DNA of 61,177 nt from Hydrurus foetidus. Lineage: Eukaryota. Location: positions 1 through 61,177 of the forward strand of contig UYFQ01000115.1 in assembly GCA_900617105.1 (NCBI GenBank). Direction: 5' to 3'. The notes under the pieces were generated by a model, which did no database searches, was not told where the DNA came from, and saw nothing but the letters and a program-made list of their open reading frames with translations. A program made the translations under genes and the position numbers. Position 1 is the first letter of the stretch. The number at the start of each line of letters is the position of its first letter. Shown here one piece after another: positions 23,745 to 36,742 of the stretch.

Positions 23745-24586
23745 ACATTATCAAAATTGATTTTAAGTAAAAATGTGTAATTCGTTGTACCTAAAAATCT
23801 TCTTTTTGAAATCAGACAGTGAAAACTGGGTACCCTCATAAAAAAAACACTGATTATGAAGATAGCGGCAAATGAAGCATCCGGACTATACGTTATAAGG
23901 CTCTCCTTGTCCTCTACCATATCGACCCCTGCCCCCGCCACGGGACTGGAATCTTCCATCGCCTCGTCCTCTCATCCTTGCAAATCTTTTGCAACTTCTA
24001 GCTAATCTATCTAAGGATGACTGTCGTTTATGTTGGAAATCTGGGCGATTTACACCGAATTTCTTCCGAGTTCCCAAACGATCCCTGCACTTCCGACTGC
24101 TAGCAACGCTCGCTCAAAAGAGAAGAAGACGTTCTATTCGGTAAGTTGGATTAAACGACAGTGACATGCTGTCGATTACATCTAGGTAGCACAACATGAG
24201 TGCGAGGGTTGCGGTCAATGTTATCGCTGAATGTACGTACATCCGTGCATGAAAACAATCATACATCACACAGGGTACAAGATCCTAGTCTAATCCGGAT
24301 ATCCCAACATTTACGGTTTACGGTAATCCCTGCCATGCATGAAATTTTAATTTTTTGAAGGTAAACGAGAGACGTACTGAAGCTACACTTCTTCAAGATA
24401 GTGTTAGGAATACTGTTATCATGAAAAAGAACATTCCATGCATCATGTCTCTGTCTGCCTCGATGGAGCTCGAGCAAATTGCAGTTGAAATCAATATTCA
24501 ATTGTTCCGACGAGAAACGAGATATCCTAACGTTATCTGCTTGTACTCTTGTGATGCAAAGCTTCAAGCCTTCAAGATCAACGACT

Positions 24587-25950
24587 ATGTTGCGCAAATT
24601 CGCCAACAGCGAGATCAGTCGCAACTTCAGCGGCACAAGAAATGTGTCACAGAAGATCAAAGTTCTGTGTGTCTTGTACGACGATCCAGTAGGGGGCCAT
24701 CCCAAGACGTACGCAAGAACAGATTTGCCCCATATCGAGAAATACCCGAATGGTCAGACTTTGCCGAGCCCAAAAACTATAGGTTTTAATCCTGGAGAGC
24801 TTCTTGGCAGTGTATCTGGCGAACTAGGTCTTCGCGCTTACCTTGAGGGGCTCGGCCATACACTTGTCGTTACTTCTGACAAGGAGGGCCCCAACTCTGT
24901 TTTTGACCGAGAGCTCGTGGACGCCGATGTGGTGATTTCTCAGCCATTTTTTCCCGCATATTTGAGCGCGGAACGTATGGCCACAGCTAAGAAGCTAAAG
25001 CTAGCTATCACTGCTGGAATTGGCTCCGACCACGTTGATTTGAATGCCGCCAACAAACACGGTATTGCGGTTACAGAAGTGACTTTCAGCAACAGTATCT
25101 CAGTCGCTGAGCACATTGTGATGAGCATTCTTGCACAAGTCCGCAATTATCTACCTTCTTATGAGATTGCCAAGAGCGGTGGCTGGAACATTGCCGACTG
25201 TGTGGCAAGATCGTATGATCTCGAGGGCATGAATGTCGGCACGATTGCATCAGGACGAATCGGGCTGGCAGTTCTTCGTCGCTTGAAGCCATTCGATGTG
25301 AAGCTGCACTACACTGACAAGTACCGCCTGTCCCCTGAGATCGAGAAGGAGCTTAACCTCACGTACCATGCCACACCCCAGGCCATGGTGCCACATTGTG
25401 ACGTGGTCACTATCAACTGTCCTCTTCATCCCGAAACTGAGGGTCTCTTTGATGACAAGATGATCGCAACCATGAAGAGGGGTGCCTATCTCATCAATAC
25501 TGCCAGAGCACTCATCTGCGACCGCGACAGTATTGTCAGAGCATTGGAGAGTGGACAGCTTGCTGGATACGCCGGAGACGTCTGGTAAGAGCGCAATATA
25601 TTTCGTGCCTGTGCTACGAATCGAAGATTCCAGTAAATACTACAACGTAGTGATATTCTGTTTCATAGACTCACAATTTTGTATTTGGCTCATATTATTT
25701 CGGTAACAGGTACCCTCAGCCTCCTCCCGCGAATCACCCTTGGAGGAAGATGCCATACCACGGTATGACTCCCCATATTTCGGGTTCATCACTTACCGCC
25801 CAGTCCCGCTATGCTGCGGGAACAAGAGAGATTCTCGAGTGCTTTCTCAGCAACACACCTATCCGTGATGAGTACCTCATCGCTCAGTCTGGAAAGCTCG
25901 CCGGTACTGGCGCAAAATCGTACACTGCCGCAACAGCGCTCAAGAAGTAA
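24587..25950 (+). CDS. fdh: NAD-dependent formate dehydrogenase, 2 exons (24587-25584, 25710-25950)
   Basis: KVLCVLYDDP, SQPFFPAY, AGIGSDHVDL, ASGRIG...TDK, AGDVW|YPQP, MTPHISG. The GT-AG intron 25585-25709 restores W-Y-P-Q-P. The ATG at 24587 is inferred. Confidence 0.96.
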
Positions 25951-26677
25951 AGGAATTTCAACACGGCTGTCATTATATGATTCAAGAAATACTGCAGCGA
26001 TAATGTATTGCGATGCAAATATCTGCCAAATGCATTGACATGAATCATTGTGAATGAGTGTACAATGAATGATCGACTCATTACACATCAATTCTGCCCC
26101 ACGGCAGGCTATTGATTTCTTTACGTGCTGCAATCTGCAACATTCTGCAAGCTAATAATTAGTAGCAACGATGCCTTCCTTGCCTTTTCCCCAAGACTTG
26201 CGTACGGGAGTGTCCCTCATGAGGGAGGGAATATGCAGTAGCTCTCTATTCTGCTTGTAACCATATAGACTGTGTGGAGTTTTTGAAGCTATCTTTAGTC
26301 GATTATGCCAGCATTGTCCCGTCTAAATAGAGCTAGACCCAAGAAGAACTGCTGTCATACCCTCTCATGTGCCGGGATGGACGCGCCCGTGTTGCTTGGC
26401 TAGTCTGGATGACCGACCATTGAGTACGTAGCCAACGAGTTTCGCGGATCTGGTAAGAGCCTATTGTCAAGTGTCCTAAACTAGACGCTCATCAGGTAAC
26501 GAGATTGCAGAGGAGTTGAGCGCTTCCGCAAATTGAATACGTTAGCTTCGCTAACTCTAATAAGCAGCCACGGGATCGTCTGAGAGAGAGGACATCACCA
26601 GAAGAGTTAGATGTTCTTTAAATCACTTGGTTATACATACATGAAATAATGCCGCTCTATGCTACACGATGTGAACC

Positions 26678-29600
26678 TCATCTCTTCCTTTTTGTTCCTT
26701 TCTCAGCACTGATGGGGGCACTCTCTTTCGCTGACACTGGGCTTGGTACTACTTTCGATTTAGCCTTTTGATCGGCTTTACCCTTTGCAATTTTCTGTGG
26801 AGTAGCAGCCTTTGCTATCCTGGAAGGCTCCTCGATTGGTGTCGCACTTTTCTTCTGCTTTTTCTTCACTGATTCAGCCACGGCACTTCCGCTTGATTCG
26901 ATTTCCTTGCGCTTTTCCTCTAGTCTATCAACAGCTTCCTGCTTCTTCTGTATGCCGTGCTGCATCCTTCCGTATAAACGCTTTGTCTTCTTGCTCATCA
27001 TGATCTTAGCTAAGTCACCCTCTTCGGCGTTCTGTAAACGATATATTGAGAGGATTCATAAACAATGACACAACTATTGAAGATTCTTCGATTTCCTAGT
27101 CAAACAAGCTGCTTGTATTGTAGCAGTAATGTGCCAAAGAGTAAATAGGCATAGCTGAAGTACAATTCGTACCTCAGATGATAATCCTGCTGCAGCTTTG
27201 GGCTTGTGTACAACTCCTTTTTGACCTTTAGGGGGGACGGGAACACCCTCTTCCTCATCTTCATTATCATCCTCACTACCCTCTTCATTCTCTTCATCAT
27301 TATCTTCACTATCTTCATCATCATTTGAAGCCTTGGTAGCAGAGTAGCTCTTTCCCTTCTTCTCCGCTCTCAACTCCCTCTCATACGCCTCTTCCTCTTC
27401 CTCCTCATCTTCCTCATCAATGTCTTCTTTCTCCTGTGTCTTTCCTTTCCCAGAGCCCGCTGCATTCTCTGACATACCTGACACCACTGACGCAGAGGAT
27501 GATGCTTGCAGCTGATATCACAAAGAATACAATCAGGATAAAAAAGTGCAGGCGTAAGATATGAACGCTGAATTTTAGATGCGGTATACAAGACTGTATT
27601 GCAGATCGACGTCACCTGCAATATTTCCTCTCTGTATTTGGGCGTGTATCCTTCTTTATCGTCATCCACGAAGGGGGACAAGTGGGGTGGTAGTGCGACA
27701 CCTGGGAGGTATTTACCAACCTGTCATAGTGTAGCAAAAGCATGATAAAAATGCGTGAGATAGACTTATCGATCACAGTGAGAGAAAAGAGTTCCTCGCC
27801 TACAAAGGATCTAAATCTAAATCTGGATGTACATGCCGTTAGGAGTTAAATAGGGGTGACATAGGAGATACAAAGACGGATATCTTGTTCAATTATGATG
27901 AATCATACCGGAAGAAGAGTTTGTGCATTGATAGAATCGAAGACCCACTGCGGCTGCACGTATTCTCTGCTCTTCGATTGCACGCCTGCAAAGTTGAAAT
28001 AAACGTGATAGAAAAGGTCAGACGGTGTCAGAAATCGTTTTTAACGCGATCGCTATCACTGTAGCTTACAGCCCAATATCTTGTGACATACAACATGTCT
28101 TGCAACCAATGCTGAAATAAAGGATCATGCGGTACCGGTACCTTGGGCTGGTCTGTCTATAATCTGATGAGTGATTGACTCTTCGGTAACGGGGAAGGGG
28201 GAAGACGGACCCTCCCAACCCAGTCGGGCCCCGTGAGAGAGCAGACACAATTGCATCCATTGCAGTGGAGCCTCCCTACATCATTGAAATCATCAATTTG
28301 AAATAAATCATTTGAAAACATTCGTTTGACAACGCTGGGTCAGCATATTCTAACTGCACGGCATATCTATTGTGAATCGTGAGCATCGTCTTATCTCAAT
28401 GTATCGTACCTGTTGATGAACAGTTTCAGCCCTGCGAACAATTGGGGTTTACGGTCCTCATCTGCCCGAGAGAAAATGCGTTGTTCCTCTTTGCCTGCAT
28501 ACTCCGGCTCATCACCTGAGTACAAATAAAAAATATGAAGTGAAGAAAATCAATGAATTGTCCTCGCTACATGAAAATGAACAAAACGCACAATGCTGTA
28601 CGTGCTCCATAAAAGAAATGATCCTCCAGTGCAGTAACATATGAGCAAAAAGTCGCACTCACCTTGCAGACCAGAGAAGGCGTCTAAAAGAGGAACTGTA
28701 AGTGCCTCTCCGGCTGCCTCGTCATCTTCGTCTTCTTCGTAATCCATGGTATCCATTTTAGTGCCAAGAGTGGCCAATCTAAGATTACAAAGAAGACGTT
28801 AGTATCAAGAGAGCAGCAGATAGATAAGGTGATTGCGTAGCAGTAGTTCATGAGCTGAGTCTCTGGACAATAGTGAAATTATCAGCAGATATATCGGACA
28901 GTCATGACCGTTTGTCAAGTGATGTGCAGCAGCGCATATTTGCTAGTCAAGTATGACAGCATCAATTTGACCCGCAGTATCATTGAAGGAGACACACATA
29001 GTTCACCCTTCTCTTCCTTTCTCACCCCTTCCCCAGTTCCATTATATCCTGTACTATTTTATCAACTCCTGTTTTAACATATCCTCTTCACCATCTCACC
29101 TCTGAGCGCTTTCTTTGTTGATCTTGCCCTTAGCAGATTTCTTCTCCTTGCTGCCATCTGTTGACGCAACTACAACCATCGCAGCTAAAAAATGGAAAAA
29201 CAGCAAGTCAGATAAATGTTCCTACAACTTTCATGAATCAGATTTGTTTCCCCCTCTCAATTCAATGTCCAGTGCTTTAGGATGCGATTGCAAATGCAAC
29301 AATAATACTTCATTCTATAAGAAGAAGTGACTCATTATCTCACATTTATCTTTTGATTCGATCATTCCCGCAGCATCATTATCACCACTTGTCACATCGC
29401 TGCCCAGAACTGCATCTATCGGTGTGGGCTTAATAGCGAGCAGAAAGCACCCAGCCTCCATTAGTTGCTGATCTTCTGTGGGTGGGTATCGTAGGCCTTG
29501 GGTTTGGTATAACTTGAAAAGCACGAATTTCATGAACACTTCGTAAAATTCGAGAAATGTTATCATGACTCTCACATCCACCTGTAGAGGATACAAAAAT

Positions 29601-30804
29601 ATGTAAGTGTAAGAAATAAAAATCGCACGTTCCACAGTTATTCTGTACCGTAAAAAAAAAGCATAATCCTCTGATATCATTCAAATCCATAGACATTACA
29701 GTTATCATGTGCTTTATTGGTGTTGACCGTACCTCTCTCGGCATCGTTTGTGTGAATGGGTGAGGAACCAACCAAGTTATTGGCTCGCCCATTACCTCTG
29801 CTTGAAAATAAACACCCTTCACCGAGACGAAAACCTTTTGATTCGAGTTGATTTGATAATGTATTGTGTGAGTAAGATTTGAGACAAAGGGTAAGGCAAG
29901 GGCAAGTCAGATGATGCATGCGGTAATCCTTTCTGGATAAAACTGTATACCTTGTGCAACGATCTGGACTTCGCGACATAGTACTGCCAGTGACGCACAA
30001 GCTCTGCGCACAGAGAACTGTGCTCTGTGGTAGATTGATTATCGGCAAAAATTTATCAGTAATCAAAATATGATAGTGGGGTACTCGTGCAGGTCACTCA
30101 GAATCAAAAAGGGTAGTTTACCTACTGTTATTCTGCCCTGAGAAGGCATAGCAGCAAAGAGATGAATCATGCAGAGCGCGTCATCCATGTCCCTTAATGC
30201 ATCTATAAATCGAGGGTATCTCTCTTTCACTAGGTGATCAAGTGCCATCACAGGTTTCAATTCATCCTTTCGCCGAGCCTGATATCACATGACAACAACA
30301 GCGTGTAGGATCTAATAAGCGACTACTAAGAAAATCTGACCAAGTCAGTAATTAATTCACAGCGAGTGCGGAGATTCTACTGTGGAATCAGTGGTCTGCT
30401 CCAGTAACCATAAGATTTAGTACCTCAGAAAATTGTTTTCTGCCAGAGGCCTTTCGAATCTTCTTCATGAAAGATTTGAACTCTCTGAATTTCGCGAGAA
30501 GAGGCTCATGAGATAAATAAGAGATATCCTTGATGTCATAGTAAACTTTGTCACTGCCTTTGGGAGCCTTCACTGGTACACGAGGATAAATTCCTTTTAA
30601 GATGCACAGACGTCTGAAATCCTTCAATGTAATCTGCAGTTTCTTCAGTGCTGTCGATCTCGTTATAAACTCTGTACTCGGACCCATCTGTCCTTTCGTA
30701 ATCTTTTTACCCATTCGAGAGAGTTTCCTCTTTGAGCTGAATTTGGATGTAACATTTGCCTTGATGGACTTCTTCTTTGGTTTTCCTGCGACTCTGCCAC
30801 CCAT
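26678..30804 (-). CDS. PES1: Pescadillo/Nop7 ribosome biogenesis protein, multi-exon (about a dozen exons)
   Basis: [112 protein letters not shown] in order, separated by GT-AG introns. Confidence 0.96.
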
Positions 30805-31002
30805 TTTCGATTCTGTTGGAGAGGAACTGGATTACTGCGTAAAACTCACGAGTCGAAGAAGCCTTCACGACGATAACTACTGATGATTTTGTTTCTAGCA
30901 GCAGATGAACGTTACCAGGTTACCAAACATTGCTAAAATTGGTGGATAGCCACCAATAACCAATAACCAATAATTGTCCGATGTCCGTTGTCTGTCAACG
31001 TA

Positions 31003-31278
31003 CTGGAAGGCTACCAAAATTGGATTATTTCGGAAAATCAAAACACGGATACTACCTGGTATCAAATTTTTTGATACCAGGTAGCAATTTGCTGAGGTTC
31101 AAATTGGACCTCGGCAATTTGGTACCAGGTACCAAAAGATATTTGCTCCAGGGGTAGCAATTTGCCGAGGTCCAATTTGAACCTCAGCAAATTGCTACCT
31201 GGTACCAAAAAATTTGATACCAGGTAGTATCCGTGTTTTGATTTTCCGAAATAATCCAATTTTGGTGGACTTCCACTG
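31003..31278. mobile_element. MITE with ~115-bp TIRs, TA-flanked (Tc1/mariner-pogo type)
   Basis: 31003-31117 is nearly the reverse complement of ~31162-31278; right terminus reads CAGTGGAAG inward; TA on both sides. Confidence 0.88.
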
Positions 31279-33967
31279 TACTATTTTTTTAGTTCTCTTT
31301 AAGAATCCATTCTGAGGAACCTTCAAATTATTGATTTTTTATATGTTCTGTGTTTTGAGTATTAGCCATCACCCATTTTGCTACTGGCACTCGTCGGAAC
31401 CTCGGACTCCAGATTCCTGTATGCCTCGAATCCTCTGGTTAGTCATAGATGCTTTTACCGAGGATTCGCACGATTGTGATTATTTATCGACTTGAGTCTC
31501 ACATACACAAGTTGGGTGGTCCTTACGAGTAGTATTAATACCCAGAACATCTCTGTAACTAGACGTACCCCTTATTCGCTAAGACTATGGGTATACTTGC
31601 AGGACAGTGTACGTGACTTCGATGTAACTAACCTACTAAATATTAAAGTATTATTCGATGGGTGGGTGGGTGGGGAAGAAAGAAAGAACAAGCAAGAATG
31701 ACGAATTGACAGTCACAGAATGCGAGATCAAACTCCTATTCGTGATTAATGTCTCCGTCGTTCTCTGACGATACGAGTCGACCTGACCTAATGTGACGTT
31801 ATGCTACGCTTTGTTTTTTTCATGTCGTTTGAACTCCGATATTCCAACACGTTTGCAACCGCAAAATCGTAAGTACATTACGTACTGCTTACTCCACCAA
31901 CTCCTCCAAATTGCGTTTGTATTGCATTTATCAACATGGTGATTTGTTTAAACATGATATTCGTATGTGGCCAATTCGATTACCGCTTACACGGACAGGA
32001 GAAATAAACTAGAAATTGTACTCATAATCCTTTGTCTACTACTCGCACCTCCCGCGACAAAAGTTTTAGCGCTATTACAATTTGACGACTTTTATTCCAT
32101 ATATAGTCATTATTCGCTGCATGAAATTTTTTGCTTTGGGAAAGTCTCTCTGATTGTATGATGCTCAAATTAGTCTAAGTATGGCGAATAGAAAACAAAA
32201 AAATTTCCACAGAAAAATCTTCTAAATTAAGAGTCATAGAATCCTCTGAATTTATTAACAGTTTTAACAAAGAAGAAAAAATTTCTTTATCAAATTTCGC
32301 TTCGGACAAAAAATTTCTCCTCCATATAATTTCAAGAAACGTGTGCTTTGAAAGTTTTGTTTTGTGATGAACGTCATAACTTGAGCTAGACACGTACACT
32401 TTAGCAAGACTAATACAGATTGCTTGCTGTCGGAGATCCTTAAATCAATGCTAGGAAATTGCTGAAAAACTGGTGGAGAAGGGGTTATAAATTAGGTAAC
32501 CTAAATTGTACGTTTCGATATAATCACTGCTTCTATAAAGCTATCATATCCAGTCCAACTTTTTAATTAACCCTTTTAATCGTCACACAAGCTGCTGTAG
32601 AAGATGTATAGTGCTGTGATGAGAAAACCGCAAAAAAGTTTCATGATGTAAGCTGCTGAAGACACAACTTACTCTTTCGTTACGCTGCCCGTATGATGAC
32701 TCGTCTTCGCCAGATCGCGCATTGCAAGAGGATTCATAACCTCTCTCCGTATCTGGTATAGCCAGCATCGAAGCGCTTTGCTGCAGTTGACAAACGTATT
32801 CATACGTCTCTGATCGTATGCTATTCTGTAATTTCTGTTCTGCAGCGAGTGCCTCTGCAAATTGCTCGATATCATTCTGTAGCTGTTCTATTCTTGGAGC
32901 CCGAGAATTGAACTGGTATTGATTGCATACATTTGAATCAAAAAATTACTCGCGCATTTACGTGCACGTGTTGCGAACCTTCTGAACATATTTTTCAAGA
33001 AGGAGGTCAGATCGTCCTTGAAAATCATGAAGTGCATCGTTAATCGCGGTATCTGAAGTGGGCCCAATATTACTACTCTCGTAAACTTCCTGCGCCTCCC
33101 AATCAGTCTCAGTATTATCTACGTTACTGGGGTCAGAATCGTGATGATGCTCAGCAGACAACCCCTCCGTGTCACAGTCACTGGGAGCTATCATGAAGCT
33201 GGAGGCCGAGTCTAATTTGTAGATCGTTCAGGAATCGTCACTATTCTGTGCAAATCGTTGTCGCTACCGCCATTTTTATCTTCTAGTATTTATTGTCAAT
33301 TTGAAAATATCTGTCACCGAATTCACTTCATTTGGACAATCGATAGACAACAGCAGTGGCATGAAAAGAAATGAAAATGAAAAAGTGAAGTCAAGGTTCG
33401 GGTTCCTAGTCCTGGGTCCCATACTCCGATTTTATTTCAATAATGTTCTGTTTCGGCATTCCATTTTAAAATAGATGTGTAAGTAGCGTAACTTCAACAT
33501 TAATTATCGCCTAGCGGAATTTTTGACATCTCCCATCAATTTGCAGGTGTTGTATTTTTCATCTCCGAGATGGTTTAATGAGCGTCATTATCGTTTTAAA
33601 GATTTATGTGATAAAGAAGTACACGTTTAATAGTCAAGCAGTTTTGTAATATAACAAAAACCTAAAATTGTCAAGTTCCTTGTAGTTGAAAGCGAGTTTG
33701 ATGAGAGACCGCCAACTGCGATCTAGAAAGAGGCGAAAGCAGTGATTTGCCAACCGAGGAAATCAGTACACAGATTTGGACTTGGCCTCAAGTCAAGACA
33801 TGTCGACAGTGTCATCCCAACTCATCTTCATGCGAAGAAACGTGGCTGCGTGTGATGAATAGCGCTCACACTGTGCTCCACATGGACAAATCCAAATTGT
33901 CCAATATTTAATTCTGTATTTTATTTGATTCAGCAACACAAAAAAACAAGTTTACAATGCAATGATA

Positions 33968-36274
33968 TTAAATGATTTCCTTAGAGTAGAAGTCGTTTGA
34001 AGAAGCGCCAGCCACTGCGTCTAGAAGCACAGACCAGACCTCAGATCCTCCCTCCCTCGTCTCGGAAGAAGTGTAGACTATAGGAACCTGTATGACAATA
34101 ACATGGGGCATATTTAGTCCTAGTGGTCGCATGTGATGAGTTCTAATAATGGAGAATGATCTAGACATTACCTGTCTGTCAGTGCGTAATTTAACAACGT
34201 TTGCAATGCGCTCTAACACATCTCTGCGCACCCCTGTGTTGTGCTTGTCGACCTTAGTCAGTACGATGACGTACTGTACATGCGGGGGAAGCACCTCGAG
34301 CAAAGAGAGACAGTCCTCGTCAGTGTCGAGGATGCCATGCCTGGAGTCGATCAAGTGGAACACTATTCGGAGAGTCTCCCTTTTCATCACGTAGTCTCTC
34401 AGCAGTACTAGCCAACTCGCCCTCAGCTCTTTTCTCACCTCAGCGTATCCCACGCCTGGGAGATCAACTAAATAGAATCGGTGTTTTTCGTTCTTCTTGC
34501 CCACTCGACCTTTAGCATCGAAGTAGTTAAACTCGGATGTTTTGCCAGGTGTCTTGGATACGAATGCGATTCCTTTTCTATTCGAGATCATGTTGATCAG
34601 GGATGACTTTCCTACATTCGAGCGACCGATGAAAGCAGCCTGACATGGTGTAACATGACGCGATGTTGCACGATTGATAAGCACAGTTTTAGAGTGGGTT
34701 GACAGACAGAGCTTGCGCTAGTTCGTGTGGGTGGCGAGTTCGCTCCACATACATGGAAAACAATCAACATACTTCTCATCTCATACAACCCCTTTTAAGT
34801 AGATTTGAGTGTCACGAATGGTGGATACATTCGTAGTAGAATGAATTGAAGAATCATCAACAATCGGACCAATTGTAATCACCTCAGCGCACTCAGCGGG
34901 TGGCAGAGTTTCCATGCTGACAGCGCCCTTAACGAACTCGATAGACTTCATGTACGTACTAGTGAGCAGCTGTATGGAGTCATTGTCAGCTAATCCGTTG
35001 ATAAGTAAAAGAGCTCTAAGGCAACTTCTTACGTCTTCTGGGTTTGTCTCACGAAGAAACATTTTTAGGATTTGCTTTGATATTTCTATTTCTATATTTA
35101 TTGAGAATTTGTGCATCATTGCTAGAGCTGCTAAAGCTTTTGGATAAGATCCTATTGAAGCATAACCTGACGGACGTTATCAACGTTAATAATTTGAACT
35201 CAGAGGATGATACGTAGAAGTAATGGGTACAGCATTAGGATTAAAATCACCTAAGGAAAGTTCTGGCAGTATTCTGCTGTGTGCAATCAGCGAGTGGGAT
35301 GACAACTGGTCAGCTTGAGCGCTGCTCTCTGTGTTAACTAAATTCTGAAGTTTCTCCAGATTGACTCCGCCTTTAAGAGCGATGCCCTCTGAGAGATCCA
35401 TTCTGCCGGTTTGACAAAAAGGTCATAACAAAAGAAAGATCTGATATCTGATGGATTCGAAAATCATGTTTCAAATTATTACTGACTGCAGAAAGACAGC
35501 AGCTTCTCACCTCTGCAACTTACAGCATGATCTGATTAGAGATACTGTTGGCTCAATTTCAATTCCCCCATAATCCAAATTATCCACAGCAACGTGCCAG
35601 AAAGGAATTAAGTCGGCACAGAGGTCATTCCTAGGATAAAAAAGAATTGCATGGTGCAAAGGGAAATTACAAATATCCTCAAGGCTGCGCTGAATTCTGA
35701 CTGAACTGGCTTCGCACCTATTCATCCGCTGCAAAGTTCGAAAAGCATGGACTGTCATATTTTGATCGAGTTTTCCAGATTGCGAATAATCGGCAACAGC
35801 GCGAAGAAGTTTTTTTGGTGCATTAGCCTTTCTGAAGTCTTTAAGAAGAGTGCGAAATCCATCGTCAACTGTTAGCGATTCGAGATTCCCGTTGCCATCT
35901 ATTGCATCGTCCGTAGATAGTACAGATGCAACACTCTTACTGCTGCTACTGACACTGATGCTACTATTCGATGTAATTCCTGCAGGAATGGTTTTCGATT
36001 TTTTCACAGGAACTCTGCTTACATCTGAGGCAGCAGTTGCTTTTGCTGTTTTTGTTGCAGCTGCGCCGCTTCGTTTAACTGCCTTTTGTAACAGTTTGGC
36101 TCCCAAGTTACTTTTTTTTCCATCATTTTTTATCTGATTTCCAGTGCCAGAGGAGAGTTTGAGGGGTCTCTGCTTTTGTGGTAAGGCAGAGCGCGTAAGC
36201 GCAGACGACTCCGGTAAGTAATCGGAGCACAGCAGTAGCTGTATAAATGGTATCGCGAAGGAAATCAAGATCAT
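33968..36274 (-). CDS. engB: EngB/YihA (YsxC) family GTPase with signal peptide and long helical N-terminal extension, multi-exon
   Basis: G1 GRSNVGKSS, SKTPGKT, G3 DLPGVGYA, LIDSRH, G4 TKVDK. Upstream exons 35507-36274, 35186-35401 and 34781-35119 lead into IEFVKGAVSMETLP..E, the typical EngB start. Confidence 0.9.
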
Positions 36275-36742
36275 GGCTATGTTCGTGGTTGGTATTCCGT
36301 CAAGTTTCGGTGTTCAAAGTTGCGCCAAGTGACATTACTGTATCAAGCGTCCTCGCCGGAGAAGGTGGAAATTTCCCATAGTAACCCATCAGTCTCATTT
36401 CATTCACAGAGCAGGTCCACTTTAACCCGTAGATGTGCCCAACGAGAGGACTTCTAACTCAACTGATGGTCGAAGCACCGTTCACCGTTCCATTTGCATT
36501 TCACCTCACCAGAGTGGATCAGTCTACGATCTACAGTCTACAGTAACTACACAGTTGTTCATGTATGTACATACAAGCATCCGATCTTGATCTCGATCTC
36601 GATCTTGATCTTGAGCACTTCAATCTGTCTCTGTGCTTTCATCCTCGATTTCTTCATAAGTTAATCTAAACCAACGTAAACTTGTCCATCGGTTTGCTGA
36701 ACGTTCTTCAGGTTGCTTCCACTGGATCAACAGTTTAGATTA

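Larger units (their letters stand above)
6984..23888 (+). mobile_element. pogo-like (Tc1/mariner superfamily, DD35D) DNA transposon, interrupted by gypsy B; its left terminus is probably cut by gypsy A
   Basis: Transposase ORF rejoins in frame across B after removing one GAAA TSD (FGN|TSAIK). Left CGGATACTTTAT (6984) is an imperfect inverse of right ATGAAGCATCCG-GACTA-TA (23872-23890). Confidence 0.85.

Noticed and set aside
23886..24077. Short RGG-rich minus-strand ORF abutting the pogo end
   Set aside because: No ATG start, recognisable domain or clear splice structure; might be a disrupted exon but cannot be supported.
26480..26620. RNase P-like (GTCTGAGA) or hammerhead-like (CTGATGAG) words between fdh and PES1
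   Set aside because: Partner motifs (RNase P CR-V, hammerhead GAAA in the correct stem context) not found; probably 3' UTR.
32175..33194. Minus-strand ORF pieces that might form a small multi-exon gene
   Set aside because: No recognisable family and no confident exon chain from sequence alone.
36339..36710. Possible 5' LTR of copia F (TG...TTCTTCA followed by GGTTGC; contains GATCTY repeats)
   Set aside because: No second LTR or TSD in the window to confirm boundaries, so not called as a feature.
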